Assembly: GCA_036785375.1 (NCBI GenBank)
Contig: JAWMAR010000063.1
Location: forward strand, 6,386,001 to 6,450,000
From: Leucoraja ocellata
Taxonomy: Eukaryota
Length of the DNA stretch: 64,000 nucleotides
Direction: 5' to 3'
Part shown: in pieces, positions 14,778 through 28,518 of the stretch
Position numbering within the stretch: position 1 is the stretch's first letter
Layout of the letters: each line of letters starts with the position of its first letter
The notes under the pieces: model-generated
Database searches by the model: none
The model's input: the letters and a program-made list of their open reading frames with translations, nothing else
What the model was told of the DNA's origin: nothing
Position numbers and translations under genes: made by a program

Positions 14778-15680
14778 AAACATAGAAACATAAAAATAGG
14801 TGCAGAAGTAGATCATTAGGTCCCGAGCCTGGCTGATCATCCAAAATCAGTACCCCTTTCCTGCTTTCTCCCCATATTCATTGATTCCCTTAGCCCTAAG
14901 AGCTATATGCAACTGTCTCCTGAAAACATCCAATGAATTGTCGTCCACTGCCTTCTGTGGCAGAGAATTCCAGATCCACAACTCTCTGGGTGGCTGATTC
15001 TGGACTCCCCAACATGGGGAACATTTTTCCTGCATCCAGCCTGTCCAATCCTTTAAGAATGTTACATGTTTCTATAAGATATCCTCTCATCCTTCTAAAT
15101 TTCAGCGAATACAAGCCCAGTTGACCCGTTCTTTCATCATATGTCAGTCCAGCCATCCCGAGAATTAACCTGGTGAACCTACGATGCACTCCCTCAATAG
15201 CACGAATGTCCTTCCTCAAATTTGGTGCCCAAAGCTGCACACAATACTCCAGGTGTGGTCTCACACTACAACTGCAGTAGGGCCTCCTTGCTGCTATACT
15301 CAAATCCTCTTGCTATGAAGGCCAACATGCCATTTCTTCACTGCCTGCTGTATCTGGCATGCTTACTTTCAGTGACTGATGTACAAGGACACCCAAATCT
15401 CGTTGCACCCCCCCTTTTCCTAATCTGACACCATTAAGATAATAATCTGCCTTCTTGTTTTTGCCACCAAAGTGGATAACCTCACATTTATCCACATTAT
15501 ACTGCATCTGCCACTTCACCCAACCTACCCAAATCACCCTGCAGCCTCATAGCATCCTCCTTGCAGCTCACCCTCCCACCCAGCTTTGTGTCATATCCAC
15601 AAACTTGGAGATGTTACATTTAATTCTTTCATCCAAATCGTTAATATATATTGTAAATAATTAGGGTCCTAGCACGGAGC
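14778..15680 (-). mobile_element. CR1 LINE 3' fragment
   Basis: WQMQYNVDKCEVIHFG and VRPHLEYCVQLWAP; short tandem-repeat tail. Confidence 0.9.
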
Positions 15681-16379
15681 ATTCTAGTTTTAAACTCGAG
15701 CATAAATTGTGATTTATTACTATTTGCCTCTTCCTATCCCTCTAGACCTCCTATCTGAAGTCATGAGAATTCTTTAATGAACATCCCATGTAAAAAACAA
15801 ACTTGCAGCAGGTTTCCATTTCCAAAAGTGGGAAAAATGCTACATAGCTTCTGCAAATAATTTTGAAGCATATATCATTAGGAATTTCAGTAGCACAAAA
15901 CCTGCGGCAGAGCATAAAGCATGAAGGCTTGTTAATTACAAATCTGTTCACAATAATAAATTACTTTGCATCTTAAAAAATACTTGAAATTGCACACAAA
16001 AATAACAGAAATAGCTAAATTGAGAACATAATATTTATTGAATTATTTTTTTAAAAGCAACATTTCATGGTGGATATTTTTTAACTTTGTGGACTGCACT
16101 AAAATATTGTTGTAATCTCACGATCTACATATGAAGTTCATTTACCTCCCAGTGACCTGGTCATTTTTCAATAGACCTTTGAGAATAAGTGAGTTTGGTA
16201 TTTCAACTGCGCATGCCCAGGTCATAGGTCATTCATGATAAATATTCTCACCAGCTGAGCTGCTGCGTGTATACAGACCTTCGTTTGATCCATATTTTCC
16301 AGTTTTGCTTCTTTGAGGTAAGAAAATACTACTTTCAAAACTATTAACTAGGTGTATTTATGGTTCATTTGTGCAAAAG

Positions 16380-16881
16380 ACATAAATACATTCTTGCCAT
16401 AGAGGGAGTACAGAGAAGGTTCATCAGACTGATTCCTGGGATGGCAGGACTTTCATATGAAGAAAGACTGGATAGACTCGGCTTGTACATGGTGGAATTC
16501 AGAAGATTGAGGGGGGATCTTATAGAAACTTACAAAATTCTTAAGGGGTTGGACAGGCTAGATGCAGGAAGATTATTCCTGATGTTGGGGAAGTCCAGAA
16601 CTAGGGGGTCACAGTTTAAGGATAAAAGGGAAGTATTTTAGGACCGAGATGAGAAAATTATTTTTTACACAGAGTGGTGAATCTGTGGAATTCTCTGCCA
16701 GTTCATTGGCTATATATAAGAGGGAGTAAGATGTTGCCCTTGTGGCTAAAGGGATCAGGGGGTATGGAGAGAAGGCAGGGATGGGATACGGAGTTGGATG
16801 ATCAGCCATAATCATATCGAATGGCGGTGCAGGCTCAAAGGGCCGAATGGCCTACTCCGGCATCTATTTTCTATGTTTCTA
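16380..16881 (+). mobile_element. CR1 LINE 3' fragment
   Basis: AIEGVQRRFIRLIPGMAGLSYEERL; ends with CTATGTTTCTA. Confidence 0.9.
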
Positions 16882-16979
16882 AAACTACGATGATTTTGTT
16901 GGTTTTATTGCTCTATGCTTCAGTGTTTTATTGCCTTATGCTTCGGAGCGTATAACTGTTATACCAGTGTCTCAAACTA

Positions 16980-17330
16980 ACTTTAGGAGGGCACATCATC
17001 CGAGGACGTACACTCCATTGAGGATAAATGGGGATCCTGTGGATAGGGTGAACTGTTTTAAATATCTGGGAGTCCACATCTCCGAGGATAGGACATGGGC
17101 ATCACACGCCTCAGCACTCGTGAGTAAGGCAGGGCAGCGCTTTTACCACCTCAGGCAATTGAGGAAATTCAGAGCATCTCCGAGAATCCTCCAGTGCTTC
17201 TACGCAGCGGCGGTGGAAAGCATCTTGTCCGTTGCCATGCGGTGAGAACGGAGAGGTTGAGAAGGAGTTTCTTCCCAGAGGCCATTCGGACTGTAAACGC
17301 CTATCTCACCAGGGACTAACTCTACTGAAC
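16980..17330 (+). mobile_element. Rex1-like fragment
   Basis: INGDPVDRVNCFKYLGVHISED..FYAAAVESIL. Confidence 0.8.
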
Positions 17331-17334
17331 GTTT

Positions 17335-18570
17335 TTCCCGAGCTTTCATCAGTCCCATATTGAGGACGTTGACTGGTGGATGCCGTGGGGTGCTGCTGCT
17401 TGGGTATTGTAGGTCTTGGTTTGCTCGTCCTGGGGCCTGCCCTCATGAGGCCGAAGGTTTTCGCTGCTTCCTCCATGTCCCTTAGTTTCTTGTTGAGGTC
17501 CTTCCCAAATAACAGAGCGTCCGTCTCTGCAGCTGGGGCTCTGCACAACCCAGCAAATTTGGGATTGAGGGCAGGTCTTATGATTTCCCGCCGGAGATTA
17601 TTGATCTCAAACTGAGTGTTGCACATCAATGCCAGCACATCCTGCTGGCAGGTGTCCATCTCCGTGCTTTCCACAGAACGAGCAAAGGCTGTGATGGCCG
17701 ACGTCAGGAGCCTTAGGATCCGCTGTAGCTTTAGTTCATGGTTACGAATGTGTGACCCCACGTGCCCCCAGATTTGGCTGTTCACAGTCTGCACTCTGAG
17801 GGCCTCACAGTTCTCTGGTGTTGTGTAGAGATCTAGCGCCTCAGAAAGCACCTTCTCCTGCAAGGGCTTATTTGAAAGATGATTGATGCTGGCCGCCAAT
17901 TTCGGTTCCAGTGGTCTTCCAACACGTGGGGGTTGCTACATAGCGGTCCACCACACCCAGCAGCTCTTCCTGCTCCTGCACCCCTTGCATACTCCCGAAC
18001 TCGTCCGCCAGCCCGTTCCAGACCAGCCCAGCCCTGGTCACCAATGCTAGCCTCCAGTGATGAGGGAGCAGAGGGCAGTGTGCAAGACACTGTGGAGGAG
18101 GTGCCTAGCCTTCCTCCGCGAGAACGTTCTTTCTGCGTATCCCGCTGGAGCATCTGCTCCAAGAGCTGTTGTATGCAGCTCAGGCGGCTGTCTCTCCTCC
18201 GTTTAGGTGGAGACATGTCCCCCTCCGACGAATCGGAAATCACCGGCCAATTAATTTTCCTGGTGGATTTTTTCCCCTTCCGCTGTTCAGGCATTAGCGG
18301 GACTGGGCTTGGCTCGGTGTCGGGAATGGCGGAGCGCTCTATGAGCGGTCCTGCCGCCAGTTGCTGCCCCCCTGAGATTTCCTCTGGTGGAGTTGAGCGG
18401 GGGGGCAGTTCTCTTCGAGAGTCTTTTCCTGAGTGTACTCATTTCTGTAAGTAGAAACACACACACGACTCTCCTTCTCTGTTAGACTCCTTCCACAACT
18501 CAGTGTACTTACCTAACGTTCCGTTTTTTAAACTGCAGCGGGAGAGCCTAACTCCAGCTGCCGCCGCTGT
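17335..18570 (-). mobile_element. DIRS-like (tyrosine recombinase retrotransposon) gag/ORF1 fragment
   Basis: ORF 17306..17899 shows the DIRS-gag-like pattern PENCEAL..VNSQIW..LQR..RREIIRPAL..LC..LLFGKDL. No RT or recombinase is seen. Confidence 0.7.
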
Positions 18571-19233
18571 TGATAAGGACTTGTAGTACTGTATAGAGCT
18601 TACATATTCTCTATGTAAATGTATGGGTTTCTCCCTCCAATTTCCTCCACAATTACATGTATTGGAAGTTTAATAGACCATTGTAAATTACCTCAATCTG
18701 GTGAAGTTGATGGGAATGTAGGGCGAATAAAATGGGAATACAGAATTAATGCATGTGTGCTTGATAGTCACTATGGGCTCAGCAGGACAAATGCTTATTT
18801 CCATATTGCTCGATTCATTATTTTAGTCTCTTCTTTATCCATGTCCAGTCCTTTCCCCACTTACACGTGTGATAACTCCGATGCCTTCTGCTAGTTTGAC
18901 AGCTTGGACGTTCCTAGTCCCAACCATCTTATTTTCACCACAGATAACACTAACTTCATTCCACCATTGGACGGTGCAGGACACCTTTGCTTCTTCATTA
19001 AACTGAAGCAACAGTGAAATTCATCTTGTCCTGACCTTCCACCCACAACCGTCTCCAACAATCCTTTGTAATTTCCACCATTTTCATCGTGACACCACCA
19101 CCAGAAAAATCTTCTCCTCTCCTCTCATTATCCCAAAACCACTGAAATTACCGACATTATTTTGTAAAACCAGCCCCCCCCAATATGTATCAGAACTGGC
19201 CATTGCTGATGGAAGGTCCCCCCTCCGGACATA

Positions 19234-19820
19234 CTTCGAGCCAGCACCACCATTCTCCGTGATCATGGCTGATCATCCACAATCAGTACCCTGTTCCTGC
19301 CTTCTCCCCATATCCCTTGACACCGCTATCTTTAAGAGCTCTATCTAACTCTCTTGAAAGCATCCAGAGAATTGGCCTCCACTGCCTTGAGAATTCCACA
19401 GATTCACAACTCTCTAGGTGAAAAAGATTTTCCTCATCTCTGTTCTAAATGGCCTACCCCTTATCCTTAAACTGTGGCCCTTGATTCTGGGCTCAACCAA
19501 CATCGGGAACATTCCTGCCCCTAGCGTGTCCAATCTCTTAATAATCTTATAATTTTCAATAAGATCCACTCATCCTTCTAAATTCCAGTGTATACAAGCC
19601 CAGTCGCTCCATACTTTCACCATATGACAATCTCACCACCCCAGGAATTAATCTTGTGAACCTACACTGCACTCCCTCAATAGCACGAATGTCCTTCCTC
19701 AAATTTGGAGACAAAAACTGCACACAATACTCCAGGTGTGGTCTCACTGTAGAAAGACCAATTTGCTCCTATACTCAACTCCTCTTGTTATGAAGGCCAA
19801 CATGCCATTGGCTTTCTTCA
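19234..19820 (-). mobile_element. CR1 LINE 3' fragment
   Basis: RPHLEYCVQFLSPNLRKDI. Confidence 0.88.
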
Positions 19821-20279
19821 ACTTTATAAACTTTATGGGGAAACATTTTCAGGATCATTTTAGCCATTTCATGATTGACTGATGATTCAGAGAACTAAAG
19901 AATGTTGGTTGATTTGAAGTAGGGACATTATCACGCATTCCACAAATCCAAGTTTGATTCCCACATTGTAAAAATAGTTCCAAGTTTACAAAGTAATGTT
20001 TGCATGTTGGCCTATTCAACTTCCCTCTGCACCTGCAATCCTTGACATTTCACGGTTTGTGTCATAAAGAAACTGATAGATATGCTTTTGAAGTGCACAA
20101 AATATATTTATAAAACTTGTGAGTCATCGTAGGAAGAGGGTGTGGGATTGACAGTGGAAATCTGCAGAACAAGGAAATGCTGTTAAGTTTTGATCAATCC
20201 AGTGTATGAATCATTCTGTGATGATGTACTGCCATGAGGGTTTATTGCTCAGTATTAGTAATACAGTATTAGTAATACT

Positions 20280-21811
20280 TCTTCATCATCAACAATAAAA
20301 ATAGAGGAGGTGGAGAGGCCTTTCAGAAGACAGAAAAGCCGGAAATCTCCAGGACTGGACAATGTTGTCCCATCTACTATCAAGCTCTGTGCCAAACAAC
20401 TGGCACCGGTCTTCAGAGACATTTTCAAACAGACCCTGCCTGCTTCAAAGTCTCCACTGTTGTCCCAGTACCCAAAAAGGCAAGGACTACTGGTCTTAAT
20501 GACTACAGGCCTGTCGTACTGACCTCTGTAATCATGAAGACCCTTGAAAGGCTTGTGCTGGCCAAGCTGAAAAATATCACAAACCCCCTGCTAGACCCTC
20601 TGCAGTTTGCATATCGGGCCATAGATCTGTGGATGACTTAGTCAACCTGGGCCTGCACTTCATCCTCCAGCACCTAGACTGCCAGGGGACCTATGCGAGG
20701 ATTTTGTTTGTTGATTTTAGCTCTGCTTTCAACACCATTGTGCCAGAGCTACTACACTCCAAACTTTGAGTTGACTGTGCCTGAACCCCTCTGTTGGTGG
20801 ATCACCAGCTTCCTGACAGACAGGAAGCAACATGGGAAAGCACATCTCGCACCCACGAACCCTCAGCATAGGAGCACCGCAAGGCTGCGCACTCTCCCCT
20901 CTCCTCTCTCTCTCTCTCTACACCAATGATTGCACCTTCACCGACTCCTCCGTCAAGCTTCTCAAGTTTGCAGACGACACAACCCTGATTTGACTGGTCC
21001 AGGATGGGGAGGAATCTGCCTACAGACAGGAAGTGTCACAACTGCTGTCCTGGTCCCATCACAACAACCTGGAGCTCAATGCTCTTAAGACAGTGGAATT
21101 GATTGTAGACTTTAGGAGGGCTCCCCCTCCCCTCACCCCACTCACCACCAACAATACCACAGTCACATCTGTGGAGTCTTTTAAGTTCCTGGGAACCATC
21201 ATTTCCGAGGACCGTCAGTGGGGGGTTACCATCGACTCCACAGTCAAAAAGGCACAATGGAGGATGTACTTCCTGCGGCAGCTGAGGAAGCACAATCTAC
21301 CACAGGCAATGATGGTCCAATTCTATAGGATCATCGTAGACTCTGTCCTCACCTTCTCCATCATGGTCTGGCTCAGCCACCAAGCACGACACCCGGAGGC
21401 TGCAGCGAATCTTCCGATCAGCTGAGAAGGTTATTGGCTGCAACCTTCCCTCCATTGACGAACTGTACGCTGCAAGGGTAAGATCATCTCTGACCCCTCT
21501 CACCCTGGCCACAAACTCTTTGAATCACTTCTCTCTGGAAGGTGACTCCGGACTGTCAAAGCCGCCACAGCCAGACATAAAAACAGCTATTTCTCACGAA
21601 TAGTAGCTCTACTCAATAACCAAAAATCTATAGCCTCCTTTTGCTCTGGTATTTTATTTAATTCACATGTTTAATCAATAATGTTTGATTATTAATGTTT
21701 TATGCATCATTCTTAACTGTCACTGTACATCATGTTGTCACTTGTGGGTGGAGCACCAAGGCAAATTCCCTGTATGTGAATACTTGGCCAATAAACTTAT
21801 TCATTCATTCA
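20280..21811 (+). mobile_element. Rex1/Babar-like LINE (degenerate RT and 3' end)
   Basis: KSPGLDNV, LDPLQFAYR, VDFSSAFNTI, KFADDTTL and LELNALKTVELIVDFRR; (ATTC)n tail. Confidence 0.88.
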
Positions 21812-21869
21812 TACTGTTAAGTAGTTTTCATAAGGACCAGTTTTTATTTACTCAATTCCTATTTTATTC

Positions 21870-22012
21870 TTTAGACTTTAGAGATACAGCGTGGAAACCG
21901 GCCCTCAGCCCACCGAGTCCATGCCGACCAGTGATCACCCCATATACAAGTTCTATCCTACACATTCGGGACAATTTACAATTTTTTGAGAAACCAATTA
22001 ACCTACAAACCT
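21870..22012 (-). repeat. SINE 3' portion with CR1-derived tail
   Basis: (TCTAAAG)n tail and a GGCCGGTTTCCACGCTGTATCT end shared with CR1-type 3' ends. Confidence 0.55.
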
Positions 22013-24759
22013 CCAGTCAATTGTGCCATGTTTTTTATTACAATGTTGATGTTTTATGCTCATCAAATATTTTCACTTTCTGTAAAACACAACACAGAAC
22101 AGTTTCAGTTTCATTTTGGAGCGTCCTTACCCTGCAACCAAACACTGGCAAAGCTATGAATGAAACTGAACATCTAATCACGCAGTTTCGTTCAATCCAA
22201 TTAGGTTCAGTTTGTTCAAGAGCTGTTCATTACATTACTTTCTAATATGTGAAAAATTCCCAAACATTGACAGAAAAATAAGTTAATGGGAACATGTAAA
22301 TCGTGGGACTCCTAAAATGCTTCGACTTGCCTGTAAAAAGGCAAACAAATTCAAACCACCCCCAAAATGGTTCTGCTAGATTAAAAGATAACAGATGTTT
22401 AATGCAGGAAGTCATTTCATCATTTTTAAAGCAGACAAAAAATTCTCTCCTTCTGTGCATTCCTGCCAAAGGCAGTGAAAGGTCAGCTAAATCAAAAAGT
22501 GTAATTTCAACTTGGACAGCCGGAATACACGAGGACCTGGGTATAACTTAGTACTCCTGAGAAACGGCAAGGGATAGAAAGACGGCCATAACATTATAGA
22601 GGCCAAAAGGAAGTTCTCGTGGAATTCCAAAGTGCTAGATTGCTAAAGTGCTAAATCTCACCGTGCCATTACCAAAACAATCCAGATAAATAGTGATTAT
22701 AAAGCTACTGATAGTTAGTTGGAAAAAAAATCTACCAATACCTTTTAGGACCTGACCCAATGGGATCTTTGTAACTCTATATCCAAAGCAAATGGTTGAT
22801 TTTTAACTGCCCAAGTCACAGCCTGAGATATGCAATTAGCAATGGATTTTAAAAGCTGACAGTGCCAGTAATCCTATGAATGATTAAAGCCCACATTTTA
22901 ATGCCTTTGGAGAAAAAGAGCATCCAGTATGCTGGATGTTTAAAAGTGTTTATTTCCAATTTATTATCAACATAGCTTTCTTTTTCAATACAAAATCAAA
23001 ATATTGCTTTGCCCCATTAAATCCCAGTGCTTTTCTTTAGAAGCTGTTGATTCACATCTCCAAATATTGATTACTTTATCTTCTGCAGCAGGCAATGAAT
23101 TATGGCTAACCAATTTTACCTGAGGCCCCAAGCTATGGAACTCGGGCTCCTTCCTCTAAATATTTTCCTTAACCTGTCTTTCTCTACCATCTTTTAATTA
23201 ATTATGAATTAAAAAATGTATTCTACTACATAAGAAAGAGGTGACACAAGGCCACTCCATCTTACTATGCAGTTTAAGAAATTATGGCTGCTCAAATCTT
23301 TTACCTCAGCTACCTTTTCCTGTCCTTGAATCTCCCTATAGGTTAAAAAGAAAACCCTGTCTGTTGGTACCCATAATGGCCACACCCACATGTCTCTGGA
23401 ATTAGAAATTCCAAAGATGTGAAATAATAGGCAGCAGATGCTGAAATCTTGAGCAAAAAGAAAACTCGACAGGTCAGGAAGCATCTGCAGAGGGAAATGG
23501 AGAGATGAAGTCTCGGGCAAATTTAAATTCAATTAATTATTTCAGTAATTCTGGAATAAAGAGTCAAAATTAGAAACCAAGTTATATTAAAACTAGAACA
23601 AAAACAATTAAGAATAAAAGCAGCACCTGCCTAGACACACAACCCCGCAGTCTTTCCTACAGGCATTTGGCGCCAACACTAGGAAAACTGACCCGCAGAC
23701 CAGCCAAACAAAAGTGGCACATTCACTCATTCGCTAAGGTCTCAAGAGTCTTTCAGCCCAACATCCTATGGATATCATCACCTCTGATCTGGTCACTTCC
23801 CCTCCACAACCCCCAACCTTATCATTTCCTTGTCCCACACTGCCCGTTTCAAACTCCATCCCAAAATCCACAAACAGGCCTGCCCTGGCAGACTCACAAG
23901 CAGTTCAAAACTAATAGGTAGACTGGCAGAGGGGAACAAGTGCAAGAAAACGTCCCACTGATTAACTTCTACAACACTCCCACAGTGGATGAAAAACATT
24001 CCTCCATGTTGTACTTTAGTTGCGTGCACGTATTTAACAAGGGCATAGAATGTACTCCAGATGAAACACTGCAATGTTCATCACTAGGAATGACTCAGCA
24101 GCAACAAACTGACCAAATCGAGGAGGACAGCTGCCAGAAAGAGCACTGGCAGCCAATATTAGCAAACTACAGAATCTCAGAAATTTATGGCACAAAAAGG
24201 AGGCTACTCAGTTCATTGCATCCATGCCAACTTAAAGTTTCTCAGCTCTTGGCCCACAACTTTGTTGGCTCTTCCAGGGAATATGAATCTGCTTCTAAAT
24301 GTGGCAAAGATTTCTCTATCATACTTCCAGAAAGGAACCAAATGTATCCTCTTTTTAACCTATTAAGCTAAACCCATGTCCATGTACTGCCGCCTCTTCT
24401 TAGTGAAATGGGTTCATTCTTTACCCTGTTAGGCCTATTCACTATACACCTCAATTCAACCTCCCTTGAGTCTCTCCAGGTTTCAAAGGAAACAAGACCA
24501 ATCTAGATAGTCATTAATTAAGGTAACCTTCTAGCTCTGGTAACATCCTAATTGATCCTCTTCACCCTTTCTAGCGTTATCACGTTTTCACTTTTTAGTG
24601 TGATGGTCAGCCAACCAGTGATCTTCTTTCTGTTGTATTCAGTATACCAGCTAAAATAACACAAATATCCCCTTTGCCTTTTTAACCATCTTATCCATCA
24701 CTTCTGCTACCTTTAACTCGTTGGTCGTCGCTTTGTTGCTCGACCCACCTTTATAGCCG

Positions 24760-25430
24760 TATGAAAGTAAGCATGCAGGTACAGCAGGCAGGGAAGAAAG
24801 CGAATGGCATGTTGGCCTTTATAGCAAAAGGAGTTGAGCATAGGAGCAAAGTACTGCAGTTGTATATGGCCCTAGTGAGACCACACCTGGAGAATTGTGT
24901 GCAGTTTTGGTCCCCGATTTTGAGAAAGGACATTCATGCTGTTGAGGAAGCGCAGCGTAGGTTTACACGTTTAATTCCTGGGATGGCGAGAATGTCATAT
25001 GCTGAGAGAATGGGGCGACTGGGCTTGTATACTCTGGAGTTTACAAGGATGAGAGGGGATCTTTTTGAAATATAAGATTATTAAGGTTTGCACACGCTAG
25101 AGACAGGAAACATGTTCCCGATGTTGGGGGAGCCCAGAACCAGGGGCCAAAAATAAGGGGAAGCCAGTTAGAACGGAGACGAGGAAACATTTTCTTCTCA
25201 CAGAGAGTTGCGAGTCTGTGAAATTCTCTGCCTCGGAGGGCGGTGGAGGCCAGTTCTCTGGATACTTTCAAGAGAGAGCTAGATAGGGCTCTTAAAGATA
25301 GCAGAGTCAGGGGATATGGGGAGAAGGCAGGAACGGGGTACTGATTGGGGATGATCAGCCATGATCACATTGAATGGCAGTGCTGGTTTGAAGGGCCGAA
25401 TGGCCTACTCCTTCACCTATTGTCTATTTA
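24760..25430 (+). mobile_element. CR1 LINE 3' fragment
   Basis: KKANGMLAFI and LVRPHLENCVQFWSP. Confidence 0.9.
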
Positions 25431-27579
25431 TCCTCGTGTTGTTTGCTCTCCTCAAAATGTAATTATTCACCCTTCACTAGATTGCATTTCCATACTTACT
25501 TTTGTATCCACCAAACAAATCCACAAGAACTTTGTTCGTCATCATCCATCACAATGATAATTTTGGTGTCGTTGACAAATTTCTTTTTTTGTGGCCTCTG
25601 AATGCAAGTCCAGATTATTTAAATTGTTTGACAATTTACTTTCTCACATAGTCATCTTTTAATCAAAGCTACTTGCCCATGCAATCCTCCTGCACCACTA
25701 GAAATCTATAGTTAGAGTTTGTGATAGTTCCTGCTTTTTTGAAGATCTTGTAATATATTTTATCTGACACCAATGACTGATCCACAGAGTAATCCTGAAT
25801 ATTTAATATGCAATCTCTGATCTTCATTCTTTCCAACACCATGTTCTTCCTTCTTAATATCAACCATCCTCTTATCAACTGCCCACATGATCGTCCGCTT
25901 ACTTAGAAGGCAGATGCTAAGTGTTTATTCATAACTTTACATCTCCTCTGCCTGCACACTAGGGCTGTTATTTTAGTTTTTATTAGGATCCACTGTTTAT
26001 TTGCCAATCCTCTTGCTTCAAAGATTTATAGAACACCTTAAGCTTATTTTTGTTTTATCTGAGTTTTTCCAAAGAACCACTTTACTTTTTTAATGTCCTT
26101 TTGGTTTAACGCAGCACCTTCTGTACTTTTCTGCTCTCAACCTTTCAAAATCATTTCATCCGATTTTGTAGATTTTTCCAGTAAATTATCTTTCCTCACA
26201 GTTGTACGTTATTGTTAACCAGTCTTTAAGCCTTATATATGACCATCAGGTTGAAGAACAGCTTCATCCCATTTTTGCACTATAATCACCGTGCATTACC
26301 GTTATTAAATATATAATAATCAATAATACAATAAATTATATGTGTTGATGCATTAACACAGATAATTGCTGCTGTTAAGCTGCTGTTAAACTGCAGCAAG
26401 AAAATAATTTCATTGTTCCATTGCCCGTACATTTGACAATTAAACCCTCTTGTCATACTCTAAAAAGTCTTTCTAAACCCTCAGGAGCACTGCCTTTATT
26501 CCCTGGACTCTTTGCTGTGAAGAATAATTAAGTGGTTTCTTTATTTCGCAGACTTTGTCTCCTCACCCTTCCAGGCTCATTTACAAAACCTTTATTTTCA
26601 ACATCCAATTTTCCCTGTTCCCTTCTTCAAAATTACTTAATAACCTGTCCAAATATATTGAAACTTCTCTGCCAGGAAATGAGGCTTCATCCAGTTGACC
26701 TGAATCTCACCTAGCTTGTGCGGATCCCACTGTTGCACGAATCTAAAGCTGCATCCCTTCATCATTCCAGAAGCCACATGTTCATTTCTTCTATCCTCCC
26801 ATTTATTCATTGACATACGGCACTGGTAATGATCCACAAATTACTAAATTAATGGTCCTGCATAGTAATATAGTAACATCCTCCCAAACTCCCCACAATC
26901 TGCTTGCAGCCCCTCATTCTTCTCTCTCGCCACGTCACTACTAACAATATGGACAATAACCTCCAACCGTTTACACTCTTCCCCCACCCCCCCTCAGAAT
27001 ATTCATCAACTGAGCTGTGACATCGTCGATCCTATGATAGAGGGAATGTTTCACATCATACAGGTACAAAACATACTCAAAATATCAAATATATTTGGCC
27101 AACTACTATTTGGTGATTTCCCACAACAGAGAGTATAAGCAGGTGCAATATCAACTTACTCACCGAGCATCTCCTCAGCTTTCCATTCACCAGGACCAAA
27201 CAGCTCTACAAGTTACCACAGCCTTCGAACAAACAGACCCTGTGTGCTCAGAATAAGTGCCAACAACCTCAAGCAGTTCCGGCAATGTGCATCAGGGTGT
27301 AAACTTCACTCGGACTACATTTGTACCAAGAGCAAGAGATGGTTGGTCTTCTCAACCCCAGGACATTAAGACAGGGAATTCACCAGGCAGCATCCAAGTC
27401 CAAACCTAAACATTTCCTCAATCAAAAGTTGGGGCATTCAAGTGTGATTACAGTGTTTAGTTCTATTTTCAGCTTATTAATGTAGTCTACGTTTACACAC
27501 AAACAACCTAGACAACAGTCAGGCATTGGCAGAGAAAGGAGTAAATGACAGGAAGCTTAAATGGACCAACCAACTACTC

Positions 27580-28518
27580 TATGTTGTATATTAATGATTT
27601 GGATGAGGAGATTGAAGGCTTTGTGGCCAAGTTTGCAGATGATACGAACATAGGTGGAAGGGCAGGTAGTGTAGAGAAAGCAGGGACTCTGCAGAAGGAC
27701 TTCGACGTTGGGAGAGTGGGCAGATGGAATATAGTGTAGCAAAGTGTGAAGTTATGCATTTTGGTAGTAGGAATAGACTATTTTCTAAATGGGGAGAGAA
27801 TCCAGAAATCAGAGGTGCAAAAGACTTGGGAGTACTGGTGCAAGATTCCTAAAATCTGCAAGTCAAATCGGTAGTAAAGAAAGCAAACTCAATGCTAACA
27901 TTTATTTCAAGAGGGCTTGAATACAAAAACAGGGATGTAATGCTGAGAATCTATACGGCGCTGGTAAGGCCGCATTTAGAATAGTGTGAGCAATTTTGGG
28001 CACCATATTTGAGGAAGGATGAACTGGCTCTGGAGAGGGTCCAGAAGAGGTTCACACTAATAAACCTAGGAATTAGCAGGTTAATTTATCAAGAGCATTT
28101 GTCCTTGACCAGTACATGCTGGAGTTTGGAAGAGTGAGGGGGGACCTCATTGAAACATACAGAATAGTAAAAGGCTTAAATAGAGTGGATGTGCCCACTA
28201 GTGGGAGAGTCCAGGACCAGAGATCATTGCCTCAGAATTAAAGGACGTTCGTTTAGGAAGGAGATGAGGAGAAATGTATTTAGTCAGAGGGTGGAGAATC
28301 TGTGGAATTGTTTGCCACAGAAGGCTAAGGAGGCCAAGTCAGTGGATATTTTTTAAGGCAGATATAGATAGATTCTTGATTAGCACAGGTGTCAGAGGTT
28401 ATGGGGAGAAGGCAGGAGAGAGGGGTTAGGAGGGAGAGATAGATCAGCCATGGTTGGCTGAGTAGACGGTGGGCCGAATGGCCTAATTCTACTCCTATCA
28501 CTTATGACCTATGACCTA
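27580..28518 (+). mobile_element. CR1 LINE 3' fragment
   Basis: YINDLDEEIEGFVAKFADDT; (TATGACC)n tail. Confidence 0.88.

Noticed and set aside
22470-22550. QVEI peptide on the minus strand as possible AGO3 exon 2
   Set aside because: The flanking translation (VIPRSSCIPAVQVEITLFDL) lacks the conserved exon-2 motifs, so this is a chance match.
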